A DNA stretch of 63,069 nt, the filler included, from Intoshia linei (taxonomy: Eukaryota; Animalia; Orthonectida): the NCBI GenBank assembly GCA_001642005.1. It is 5 parts of 5 records of this genome, joined end to end, with 100 filler letters (N's around TTAATTAATTAA, not from the genome) between each part and the next. Parts side by side here need not be neighbours in the genome. Positions count along the whole stretch, not along the records: positions 1 to 31,050 come from LWCA01000344.1; positions 31,151 to 43,730 come from LWCA01001072.1; 3 more parts are not named here. One strand, 5' to 3'. How positions within the stretch are numbered: the stretch's first letter is position 1; every line of letters begins with the position of its first letter. A program made the translations under genes and the position numbers. A model generated the notes under the pieces. The model saw nothing but the letters and a program-made list of their open reading frames with translations. It had not been told where the DNA came from and did no database searches. Positions 26,221 to 38,714 of this stretch are shown piece after piece.

Positions 26221-29200
26221 ATGCTCCCTTTAAATACTTCTGTAATGAACGATACTGTACTGTTTAATGTAACGGATGATGCATTTTTACATCCAACCCG
26301 AAACCACATTCATAAAGACCCACAATTGCACCATTTTATTATTATGATTTTTATATTTTGTTTTATTCTTCTTTTTCAATATTTCATACATAAATGGAAA
26401 ACAACCAATTTTAAATCTTATCAGGTAATTTTATCGTAACAGAAAATTTTAATTATATATTTTTAATAAACGTATATTACATTAATAAATAATTAATAGT
26501 CATTATAAAACCCAGAAATACGAATATATTTTAGTAGAATTTTTAATTGATAGTCGCTTTTTCGTGTAAATTCTAAAAAATTTAGGGTATTTTGGAAAAA
26601 CTTTGAAAAAAAATTTTAACATCATTTTATGTCAAACTTTAATATAGACTTTATAATGATTAATTATAATTAATATAGATTTTTGGTTAATTCATTTTTT
26701 AGTTCGTCACACTTATTGTCATGTATGTTATACCTCTATTGATCTCTATACGAATGTTTTTTATTCGATTTATATTTATATCGTCCCTTTATTTTCTTGG
26801 AAATATTTACATTATTTACAAAGCATTACAAAAACCGATCGATAGAAATTCACCAAGGTTAATTTTTATTAATTAAACGTGTATTTTATCAGGTGTCTCA
26901 TAGATGCCGTCGTCCAATCAATTTGGTGCGACCTGTATATTTAATATCTTATTAAAATGTCAAAATTGAATTATTTTATGAAATTTTGTGTGTGTGGTCT
27001 GATACTATTTGTTTAGAAAAGTAATAGGCGTAGAGATTTAAGAATACTAATTTTTTCGAGGGTGAGACTTTATCGCAAATTTCATTTTTAGAAACTGACT
27101 TCTTTATTGTAAAAACACCAATTATCTTTTTTTAAAAAATGAAACGAGTCGTAGAATTTAAAAAAAATATACATTCTGATATAGATTTTTAAATTTTAAT
27201 TTTAAAAAATAATAGGTTAACGGCCAAAATCATAAATTACCCCTTTTTTTAAAAATAAAAAAAGTTGTAGAATATTATATAACATACATTATGAGATAGT
27301 TTTTAAAATTATAAGCATTATCATAAATTTCAACCCAAAAAAGTGCATTTCACGATGAAAACCACAGATTACTCTTTTTTTAAAAAATGAAAGTACCCCT
27401 AGAATTTAAAAAAAACAACAGATAATACAGTTATATCGTATTAACACACAAAAATTTCAATCTGACAAAGTGACGTCTTCACGATCAAAAAGGCACTTTA
27501 GTATTCAGTTTTTTTATTTTGAAATTATTTTATTAATACAAAAAATTTGTAATAATTAATGATCCTACAATTAAAAAAAAACATTACTCTGATACAGTTT
27601 ATTTCAGCTCATATACTTACAAAATTTCAACCCACGAATCTACACATTCCCGGTAAAAAATTGCTTTTATTACATTACCAACCATTATTTTTCGATTACG
27701 ATTTCGATTTATTACGATAAATTTCGACGGTAAATTAAAATATTTATCACACAATTTCAAAAAAAGTGGAATTGACCGCATACATATTTGAAATGATGAA
27801 ATATGGATTTCAATTTAATAAATTGATTCCTTCTGTTTTTTTATCATTACTGTGTAGATTCTCATTTTCAAATTTACAGTTAAATTCATTATAACTTTTT
27901 TATAATCATATTGAGATTTATTTGAATGTTGGAATCATACCCGACATATGTTATTAAATTGCTGAATCCTTTATATATTGATACAAATTGATTTATTAAT
28001 ATTTTTTACTTATCTAAAGCAGTTACTGAATATATTTGATTACATTACACAGTGCAACATTTTTGAACTTTTTAAAATCTATTTCGGAAATTTTATTAAG
28101 AAAGTGAAGGGGTTGGTCGTTAACCTATAATCGGAAAATGAGACATCTATCGCGTAGTTACCGAAATAATTACGCAACAATATTGTTTTGAAAACATTTA
28201 AATTTAATTTTCTGTATGTTTAATTTATTATTTTTTATTTAACAAAAATACAATTTAACTTAAAATATTTTGAGGCATCTATTCAAACTATGGTTTTTAA
28301 TATATAACCACGATTTAAAAAAAAATAACATTAATTTATCAAAACAAAGTTTTTTATTGACTATCTTGGAAAACTTTATGTTGTTTTGATAAGCGTATCC
28401 TTCCACTTATGGTAACAAGATTTGAGTAGTTTATATCGTGTAGTTTTGTTTTAATTAATGATTTATTAATTTTTCAAAATTGGTATCATGGATACAGAAT
28501 CAAAATAAAAGTTTATTTTACAATTACTTTTACAATTTTTTGGGGTTGTGAATATGAAAAGGAGGGTGCAATATAGAGTCAATACTATCCAGAGATGATT
28601 CATTGACGGATAAAGGAGTGATATTTAAATTTTTTGTAGGTTTAATGTTTTTATTTTTTTTTGAAAATAAATTAGGCTTTGATTTACCAAAATGACATTT
28701 TGTGTCTACAATGGGTTTTAGCCATGATTTTGTACTGTCATACCGTTGTATCATATTACTGATATCAGTGTGACATGTTCCACAAAAAAATTGTAGAATC
28801 CACCATTCACTTGACGTCACAATTTGTTCATACAATAATACCAATTTCTGGTTAAATCCAGGAGAATGTATTGAATATTTTTTTTACTCTTCAAAATATA
28901 CGCTCCAAAGATAAAACAAAATTTGATCGATTTTTCGCAAAAATGAGGCATGTTTAATAAATTAAATAAATTAGTAAATTGAAGTATAACTTTGTAATTT
29001 AAATTTTGTATAGCAACATTGTATATATTAATTATAATTAAAACTTATATATCTCAGAAATTACAGCATAGATTCAAAAATTTTTTTTTAACTTTAATTT
29101 AACAAGCGTTAGTGGCATATAAGATATTTTTTATTAAGACAGTTTTATTATTTGTCTGGTTTTTTTAATGATATTTTATTTGGAATTTATGTTATTTATG

Positions 29201-30768
29201 ATAGTTTTTTATTTTTAAAATAACTGTTTATCAAAATTTTTATACGTATTTTTAGATTGGTATATAAATGGTTCATCTTTCTGTATAGTGCGTGCTACCA
29301 TATAGGTATGTGTTTATGATACAGATAATTGAGATTAAATGCAAATACTGGTGGATCTCAAATGGGACCGTTTGAATTGGTGTTAAGTATAGTTATGTAG
29401 TATAAAAAATGTAATATTACATTTTTATTAAATTAGTTTATACCTGTACAAATTTTCGTAACCTCTAATCAACCTCTAAAAAATAATTTGTAAATACACG
29501 AATAGATAATGTTTTATTTAAAATTTTACGTGAACCCTGGGACCAATTTAACTGTCTCTGATTTAAGATAATATTGAAAATAATTATTTAGGAATTATAT
29601 CTTATGCCATTATAATATTTTCAATGCTTGGAATAACCTATCTTGTTCATGTTGACCCAGCCAACGGAATCGATCTTGGTATTCTTGGTGTATTTTATGC
29701 GGTATATTTCGGAATCGTATCGCGTGATATTGCAGATATATGCACCAATAAAATGGCTGTAAATATAGGAGTAATATTATCATTCAACTAATGTCAATTT
29801 ATTATTTCAGAAACAAACAAATGTATTTTTCTTTGTCATGTTTATTAGCTAATATTAGTACAATATACAATTGCATTCATATAGTACAGGGGTGTCAATT
29901 ATGCGACCCTCGAGCCATTTGCTGTCCCAATTATGGAATGTGCGGCCCGCGTTATAATATAAATTTTTATTTTTTATAACAATTTTTTACACATATTTCT
30001 TATTTTACAGTTTTTTCATATATTTTTCATGATTTATTTATTGAATATTACAATTTTAACATTATTTTTACATTTATTCCATTTTTATTGTTTCATATAT
30101 CATTTTATGAATTAAAATTATTATAAATTAATTAAATCTGTTAATTTTAACATAATTTTTTGAGTAAAGATTTTTTTTGTGCGGCCCGCGTAATAATGTT
30201 TTTTCACATTTGGCCCGCCAAGCAAATTGAGTCTGACATCCCTGATATAGTACATGTATTGTTAATTTAACCAAACTGATAAAAAGCTACAAAATATTAT
30301 TTTTCAAGTTAAAAGTACAAAATGAAAAATTATTCTAGTTTACATAAAGTTTTTATGTATCGACCTTTATAATATGTGGAAATATTTTATTTGACTTTAA
30401 CCTATAGTTTCTTAACCGTTTTTTGTGTGTTTTTGCTAATTTTTTTGCACAAATTTTAACTTTAAACTAAAAACTATGAAGAATTGGGATTTTTTATGAG
30501 TGCGATTAATACCATTATAACTAAAACATTGCAAGTATTTAATTTATTCGTACAATTAGTATATATCCGAAGATTCTATTCCAGCCAGAGAATTAAAGAA
30601 AAATATTTGTTCCTTGTGTTCAAATGAATTAGACCCAAGTATCAACCCTGACGAAATGGTGGATTCTTCAGATATGGAGTTGGTTCAATATTTTGATCGA
30701 AACAGTGCCATCAAAACTAGATCGCTAGATGAAATAGAAGGTGTTATTGAATTAGATTGCAATCATAG
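26221..30768 (+). CDS. RNF121: RING finger protein 121/175 family membrane E3 ligase (3' partial)
   Basis: Exons 26221-26424, 26703-26857, 29256-29305, 29592-29770 and 30560-30768 give KWK...SYQFVTL...QKPIDRNSPRLVYKWF...FYAVYFGIVSRDIADIC...ICSLC...LDCNH. The rest of the RING is not found before the gap at 31051. Confidence 0.92.
27060..28055 (+). mobile_element. Helitron-like family copy in RNF121 intron 2
   Basis: Colinear with internal parts of 8166-9327 and 48240-49469. Termini not seen. Confidence 0.7.
28530..28844 (-). CDS. Possible nested antisense gene or pseudogene in RNF121 intron 2
   Basis: 104-codon ORF with a TTG start. The frame extends upstream across a single TAA (28884-28886). 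No motif recognised. Confidence 0.3.
   Translation of the reverse strand: MVLLYEQIVTSSEWWILQFFCGTCHTDISNMIQRYDSTKSWLKPIVDTKCHFGKSKPNLFSKKNKNIKPTKNLNITPLSVNESSLDSIDSILHPPFHIHNPKKL
29887..30244. mobile_element. hAT-type MITE in RNF121 intron 4
   Basis: TIR CAGGGGTGTCA / TGACATCCCTG, perfect 8-bp TSD ATATAGTA, subterminal GCGGCCCGC motifs. Confidence 0.9.
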
Positions 30769-31150
30769 GTATATTTTTATAATCACATTCATTGACACTT
30801 TATGTATTGATGACAAGGTACAATATTTACACAAACGAAATTAAGTTCATAGTGTAGAATAGTGGCTATTTAAAGATTTATTTATTTTTGGATTTTTTAA
30901 CATAATATAAAATTTTTTTTGTAATTATGATAAATTATAATTTCAGCTTCACCTAATCACTTTGGTTTTAATAAGCCAGAGTAGATATATAATAAGTAGA
31001 GTCGACAAATGCAATTTTTTATGGCACTAAAGTTACTAAACAACAAGAAGNNNNNNNNNNNNNNNNNNNNNNNNNNNNNNNNNNNNNNNNNNNNTTAATT
31101 AATTAANNNNNNNNNNNNNNNNNNNNNNNNNNNNNNNNNNNNNNNNNNNN

Positions 31151-32560
31151 ATAAGACCTCATCCATCAATCGTTGGCACGTTGACGGTGCATTTTTCAAA
31201 CCTTATGGCATTACTCTGTATTGATACAGTTTTGACCCGTACTCTGTTGTAAATTCGGTTTTGTATCTATCATTTATATTCAGTGAAATCTGCCAGTACC
31301 CCGATTGTAGATCTAAAGAGGTGAATATTGTTTGTTGACTATGAGAATTCAAAATATTTTCTACAATAGCATGAAGATAGCTATCACTATGAGTAATTTT
31401 GTTAATTTCTTGAAAATATTCCAAAAATCGATAAGAACCATCTCTTTTTTTTTTAAAAATGTGGAATTCGACAAGTGCTTTTTGATGGCTCGATTTGTTT
31501 TGCAGCGAGCATTTCTTGAATTAAAGCGTGTTCAGCAGGTTGAATATGTTTTGGAGTAAGATAGTTTCTATCTATTGGTTGTTCTGCACCTTCTATGAAT
31601 TAAATTTCATAATTTATGTTATGTTATGAATGTAGTTTATGAAAGGATGTTAATCCAGGTTTTGTATTAAATTCATTTGAATTTTCCACAATTTTTTTAT
31701 ATTTGTTATTTAAAATGTGAGATAAAATTACATGATTAATCTTTCGAGTATAAATAAATCCTAAATCAATTGAATCATTTAATCCTAATATATTATCAGT
31801 ATTTTTTGTTATCATAAATTCAGACATTTTTTTTGTTCAAACATAAATTTGTCTTTCCGATTACACTCAATCGTTGATTATTCACCGCAATCAAAATTAA
31901 ATTGGATCGCTGAACCATTGGAGTATCGTGAAACAAGTTCAAAGTCCCTAAATTAATAATATTTACTTGTGAGCCAGTATCTATAATAAATTTTACTTTT
32001 ACCTCTTCAGAATTAGTGGATAGATTTAATTCCTCTATTAAACTACCATTTTTCAAACCTCTTATTTGTTTTTCAAATTTTTTTGATAGATATGAATTGT
32101 CGAGATGAGGTTTTTCAAAAATTTTGCAGGTTTTTAATAAACTGATCAATTCATCAGGCTTGTATCGAGTGTAACACAATTTTAGGTCCGTTGGTACAAG
32201 ACTTTTGCAAGCTCTCATCAATAAATCAACATATAATTTGGTTTCTTCTTCAATAGAAAAACTACATCTCTCTAATAATAATAAATCTCTTTAACTGTAT
32301 TTTTAAACATTGTTCAATAGTTTCTGATTTTCTTTTGTAAATTCTGAACAGATGTTCACGTTCGATATATCTGATCGTGACGGTTTTGTCACGATTTTTC
32401 AGACATTCTATTATCTTTTCATAATCGCCCAGTTCAGTTTCTTTCAGATTTTGCATTACATATTTTAGATTTTCATCATGAGATTTTGTTCATTAGGTGT
32501 GAAAGTCTATCTTCATTTGGATTTCATAATTTCATATTGTATTTAGAATGTATTCGTCAA
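31151..32560 (-). mobile_element. Decayed Ty3/gypsy LTR-retrotransposon gag-pol remnant
   Basis: Aspartic protease motif VKFIIDTGSQVNII and RT motifs FTSLDLQSGYWQI...YQYRVMP*GLKNAPSTCQRLMDEVL. Several stops and frameshifts. Cut by the gap. Confidence 0.92.
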
Positions 32561-33511
32561 ACTGTGTTGCCAGATTTATCACTAAAGTTTATATTTTTAT
32601 TGTTAAGTAGGTTACGTGTTTACACGTTACTCGTTGTTTAGTTTCTTATTTAAATTTGAATGTTTTAATAAAAATGTTTTGAAAATGAAAATGTGAAATT
32701 TAAAAATTGCATAGCAATGAAAAAAATTCCGAATGAATGAATTATATAGATTTTCACCCATATTTTTTTATTGGAAATGTGTAGACGTACAATGCACATT
32801 TTTTTTGAAATTGTAGGATCAATATTTCATTTTCAATTTTTGATTTTAATCGAAATATTTGAAAAATATTGGTTGATAATATATTAAAAGTATTTTTCAC
32901 CCGGGAATGCGTAGATTTCTGGGTTGTACACAAATAAAAATGGCGTAGCATATTGTATAAGTTAGGATACGTTTGTAAAATATATATTCTGTGATAGATT
33001 TTAAAATCATTAGCATTGTCATAAATGGCAACCACAATTATGTAATTTTCACCATTAAAACCACAGATGACCTTTTTTTTAAAAATAAAAATAGTCCTAA
33101 AATAAAAAACATAACAGATTAGTCATCTCCAGATAAGACGCACAAAAAATGTCAAACTGGCAAAGTAACGCCTCTACGCCCAAAAAAACACTTTAGTATT
33201 GATTTTTTTGTATCATTATTTGTTCATTTTGTAACTACTTTATTGACATGTAATCATAAAAAAAATTTTCCGATTTGGTTCTATCTTTTTATCTAAGATG
33301 AACTTATCTGAGTTCGTCTTGCCAATCGTTACATTAGAATTTAAAAAAAAAGATTATTCTAGTTGATATAGATGCAAAATTTCAACCTCAGAAATCTACT
33401 CTTTCTTGGTCAAAAATAACTTTCAACATATTATCAACCACTATTTGTCAAATTTTTGGATTAAATTTATAATAAAGTTTAAATTAATTTATCTTAAAAA
33501 CAAAAACTAAA

Positions 33512-34057
33512 ATGTTTGCATTGAAACAAAAATTATTTTTTAAAAATATTTCAAAAATTTGCAACCAAAGTACAAACCATAAAAATTACTTTGATATATT
33601 TTCCTTACCATTGACATATGAAATAGATTTCAAACTATTAAAATATCGTTACATTGAATTACAAAAGAAACACCACCCTGATAAAACACAACAAACTAAA
33701 TCTACAATCGATTCGCACCTAATATCAAAAGCTTTCAGAATTTTGAATAATGCTTTTGATCGATCAGTGTATCTTTTGGAATTATTGGGAAAAATTAATT
33801 TTGATAATACGCATCTTGATAGTGAATCGTTATCTAAGTATTTCGATGAATCTTTAAAAATTCAGTCTATGGATAATGTTACGCATTTAAAAATGAAAAA
33901 AAGCGACATTCAAGAAAGAATAGACACGTTTATGAAAAATCTCAATCAAATGTTTATTGACAAAGAATTTTCTTGCATTTCTAACTCTCTGGGTCATATT
34001 AGATACCTTACAAATATGTTAAAAGTGGTGGATATCAAATTAAGTCAAAAGTGTTAA
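33512..34057 (+). CDS. HSCB: Fe-S cluster co-chaperone HscB/Hsc20 (Jac1)
   Basis: Intronless. Basic presequence-like N-terminus, J-domain NYFDIF...ELQKKHHPDK...ISKAFRILNNAFDRSVYLLEL, C-terminal IRYLTNM. Confidence 0.92.
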   Translation: MFALKQKLFFKNISKICNQSTNHKNYFDIFSLPLTYEIDFKLLKYRYIELQKKHHPDKTQQTKSTIDSHLISKAFRILNNAFDRSVYLLELLGKINFDNTHLDSESLSKYFDESLKIQSMDNVTHLKMKKSDIQERIDTFMKNLNQMFIDKEFSCISNSLGHIRYLTNMLKVVDIKLSQKC

Positions 34058-34581
34058 ATATATTTAATAAATTATTTTTTTTAAATGTACGAAACATCGT
34101 AATAGCAGGAATGAGTGCCGTTTATGTCATGGATACTCAACATTTTGTCACGCGCGACCTTATTTCTAACTTAAAATAAATTTTGTTATTTTCATTGTAA
34201 AATAAAGTTATATTATTTCTACGTAGTTTATCCAAAAAAGTATTTATGGTCACACTCTCTTATTAGGATGATTGGACATATTTGGCTGTTACCCTAAAAA
34301 CTGGTTGCACCAGGCTAATAATCCGCGCCTTAGAGTAACTCTTCATATCTTTTACGCCAACAGTATTATTTTTAATATAACACCTCACAATGTGATTAAC
34401 AAATCACAATGCAAATTTGGAATTTCTAGTGACAACAGCTAATAGCTAAATTTAATTTTCCAGGTCCAGCATGTTTACTCCCCTCAGAGTCGGTATTAGC
34501 ATGCTAGTTTAATATTTAACAAGTAAAGTCCTTAAAATTTATTTACTAACAAATTAGAAAGAATATTATTTTATTTACATT

Positions 34582-36509
34582 ATGACTTTTTTATCGCGAA
34601 TAACTTTGTGCGTATTGACGCCTATTGGTGTTACGGCTCGTAGAAGTATAAACCATGATTTTAAATCTTTCTCTACAAAAAAAAAAATAGTAATTCAAAA
34701 TTTGATTTTTATATTATCAAATATAAATCTTTTGTGTAGAATAAACATGATTGGAATTTGACTTTGTATCAATTTCAAAATTGTCCATTCTGTTGTAAAC
34801 TAAGAACATATTTAGATTATAACAAACTGAATTATAATGTGGTTGAAGTCAATTCAATTACGAGGTAACAGTGGTTAATTTATGTTAATTGTTTTAAATC
34901 TAAAAGTTCATTAAAACATTAATTAAATTACTAGATCCTTACCCTAGTATAAAAAATTTTGACATTTTGAAATTTGATTTAAATTATGTAGAAAACAATT
35001 AAAAGTATTTGGAACCAGAAAAGTTCCACTATTGTTATGCAACAAGGAAAAAGATGATTCCGAGAATAAAATGGTTTATTGTTAATATAACATTTGTTTG
35101 GTAAGGTCATAGGATCTATCAAACCGACGATGAATATTGACTAATTTAAAAAGTAGATTTTGCGGGATTCTTCTGTTATTATAAGTGTATTGGAATCTTA
35201 TTTGAAAAATGAAAACACAAACTTGAATCAATTAAATAATAATTACAAAGAAGTTACAAATAAAGTTAATGGAAAGGATGTTAAAGAATTTACAAATCGT
35301 TATAATTTATTTAATAGTAATGATGAAGTATTGGATAACGAAGAAATGACGTAACTTACTTTAAAATTTGGATTAAATTTTTTTTTAATTGAATGTAATG
35401 ATTTAGGAGTCAAAGAAGATGGAGGGATTGGGCCGATAATAAACTTGTACATGTAATATCTCCAAATATTTACAAAACTCCTAAAGAATCTCTAGAAGCA
35501 TTTCGATATTTTAGCAAGTAAAATTAAAATACATACAAATCACTAGAATTAGTTAATGTTAATGGTCGAGTGGACATCTACAATGTAGATTCTACTTTAG
35601 GAATTCAACATTTTTTTTATTATTTATTCGTCATGTAATTGTATTTTTTTACGGACAATTGTTCCGAAAATAAATTTATGGTAACGTATAATGTAAACTT
35701 TTAGATGTGGAGATTGGGATACTAAATTTAGTTCATTTGAAAAAAATTCAATGATATATTTGGGTTCAATGATCATGTATACATTTTGTTATTTTTATTT
35801 GATTCTTTTTAGGTATGTTATTGGAAAAAGGTTGTCCAAAAAGTAATAATTTTTTATTGAATTTTATCATTACTATATATATAGGCACAATTTAAAACAA
35901 GATGTATCTGAATCTTTAGGTATTCATTTTATTGTAGTACATGGGTTAACGTTTAATCTTTTACCATCTTATCGAATTTTATAATCTTTACTTGGTGGCT
36001 TCCCAAATGTGAATAGGACCTCAAACTGTAAAATATTTTTGATAGTAAATTTAGAAGATGTAATTTATTATATAAAAATTTTCGCGGCGCAGTATTACAA
36101 TCTGTGACCTTTGTAGCGCACTATATATTTTAATTTAATTTTTATAATATTGGAGAAATGGATACGTGACATGCACTCTTATACAAGTAAAGATTATAAT
36201 TATAATCTTACATAATTACATTTATGTATGTAAATTCAATATAATGTATTAATACATTTTCAAATTTAGATGATTGCATTGTTGAGTTTACAAATGAATT
36301 GGATAAATTAAATTCAAAATTTATTGGAGGATCAAAAGCAAATTTAGCCGATTTGGTAATTTTTTAGTATACTTTTTTAATTTACATTAATGTAGTCAAT
36401 ATATGGTATACTATCATCAATGGAAGGTTGCAAATCCTTTAAAACAATGATGGAACGAAATGGTCGTATGCAGAAATGGTACACTGATATAAAAAGTTCA
36501 ATTTATTGA
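34582..36509 (+). CDS. PTGES2: Prostaglandin E synthase 2 (glutaredoxin/GST fold)
   Basis: Multi-exon: LTLYQFQNCPFCCKLRTYLDY...VVEVN, KVPLL, ILRDSSVIISVL, WADNKLVHVISPNIYKTPKESLEAFRYF, FIGGSKANLADL, IYGILSSMEGCKSF...KWY. Confidence 0.93.
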
Positions 36510-37143
36510 TTACATATAAATTTATACATTATTAAATTACATTTTTATTTAAATCTTGTTTTTGCAAATCCGGTATAATGTCTAATTATTACATATTAAT
36601 ATTATTTTAAAAGATAATATGTAAGTGTCTCAACAATGAGGCAGTGTTGTATAAAATGATTACAGTTCTCTACATTTCTTCGCTACCATTCAAATTTTAT
36701 TTTATAAATAAAGATTTCGTAAATTATAAATAATGCCATTTCTACAGGTCTGTACTTTAATTTAAATTTGACATAATATGGCATGTTTCTAAACCTTTTC
36801 TAATTTCAGCATCCTCGCTGTTAGCCAGATTATATATTTCCAGCGACTTTGTAAAAAATAAAAAAAGATACCTTAAATGTCAGCGTAAAAATCGCATATA
36901 ATTAACATTTCTAAAAGTAACTTAACCGTTTCACATCTAATGATTAAAAAATTTTTACTAAAATTTCAAAAATCTAAATCATTCTTACCAACCCTAATGA
37001 GAAAAATACATAATCTGATAAAGATTTAAAAATCATCAACATTATGATAAATTTCAAATTGAAAATCTTCCATCTTCACGGCCAAAACACCAAATTAGCC
37101 TTTTTTAAAAAATGAAAAAAGTTCTAGAATTTTATACATAAAC

Positions 37144-38340
37144 TAGGTTGACTGTTATGTTTTACGTACAAATAGTAACTAGCTCTGCCGAGGGCAAATT
37201 TTTATTCTACCATAAAAATAAATTCACGTTGAACATCTACCTTAAAAATCCTACTATTTACTATTATCAATCTTTTAAAGGAGTGGTTTTCAAATTTGTT
37301 TCACGTGGAACCGTCATATCACATTACTTTTTACTTTAAAGTTAATTCTTCCATCTTAATTTTTTTTGTTAACATTTGCATAAAGAATTTTAAAAACAAT
37401 TTCCCATTTTTTTAATTTCTTAGACAAAATATGTCATAATTAGGGCAAACTTTTTCTAACCTATAAAAAATACATTAAAAATTCCATTTGGTCCCCTGTT
37501 AAAATTAGTTTAAAAAATTAAAAATATCTCAGAAAAAAAGTATTTTAAGAGTCATTTTACATATTTGCTCAATTTTATAAAAAATATTAAATTCTGTGAT
37601 AATTTATTCAAAATGTCAACAAAAAGATTTTCTCGAATACATTTATCAGTGTTTATAATACTTCTAATTAAAATAAAAAATTCGTAAAAATTTCAGATAA
37701 AAAATGTTTTTGAGAGTAATTCTATCAGTTTAGTTAAATTTTATTAATTAAACGGTAAAAAAATTAAATTCTCTAAGAATTTATACCAAAATTCTGAAAA
37801 AATAATCTTTTTTTTCTAAATTTATCACATTTTTTATCTTAATTTTATTTTTAATTAAGTTTGAAAAAAAATATTTATATCTGCTTTGTTTATTATTCAA
37901 AAAAATGAATTTTATCAAAATTTAATTTAATTTAAAAAAATTTATTTTTAAGATTTAAGATTTATTATGGTACAATATTAACATTGTAAATATTTTTTAA
38001 CGTTACTAAAAAAAATTCCTTTGTTTCCAAATTTTAACTTTTCTGACTTTTGCTTGCCCTATTCATAATATTAAAAATAAAGTAAAAACCGTCAAATCCT
38101 AAAAATTGTCAAAAATCATATAAATTCCAGAAAAAATAAAATTATAAAAACTTATTTTGTCATTTTCAATGTGATGATATATATTCAGTACCAATTTAAT
38201 AAATACTTGAAAACACCAATTATTTATCTATAATTAACGGAATCAGCACTTTATAAACATATTTCAGGTGAATTTTACCGATATTACAAAGGATTGTAAT
38301 AAATATAAAAATAATAATAACAAAGTTGTATTACTTTAAG
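37144..38340 (-). mobile_element. Helitron-like family 3' half (reverse), interrupted by a MITE
   Basis: Begins with the reverse complement of GTCAACCTAG. Colinear with about 8880-9327 once 37441-38061 is removed. Confidence 0.75.
37441..38061. mobile_element. hAT-like MITE
   Basis: TIR TAGGGCAA / TTGCCCTA with 8-bp flanks GTCATAAT / TTCATAAT. Absent from the other Helitron-like copies in the window. Confidence 0.75.
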
Positions 38341-38714
38341 TAATTCGTTGTTTTACCTTATCACAATCATAAATTTACAATTGTTTATATACTACGATGT
38401 CAACTATATTAAAGAATGATTTATAACGAAAATAAAACCAGTAATATTAAAAAATAACATTTTTTAATGGATGTTATAATAATATAATAAACATATTTAC
38501 TATTTTGTACTATCTGATCTTTTCTAAAAATATTTGTATACTGTTAGGTGGGTCGCAAATATATTTTTTTGGGAACTATTGATCTACACGACCTTATGTA
38601 ACTGACCTTAAGTCAAATGGTATACAACTTAATTTCAATATTTTGGCTGATGCAATCGTTGAGAAACACTACTGTATGAGACATTAAATTGCATAATTAT
38701 TACAAGATATTATT

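Noticed and set aside
31051-31150. TTAATTAATTAA centred in N-runs (also at 43731, 56028 and 60527)
   Set aside because: Identical in all four gaps. It is a scaffolding linker with stop codons in all frames, not biology.
34286-34300. TTACCCTAA as a telomerase RNA template
   Set aside because: It does not provide the 1.5-repeat CTAACCCTAA needed for TTAGGG synthesis, so it is too weak to call.
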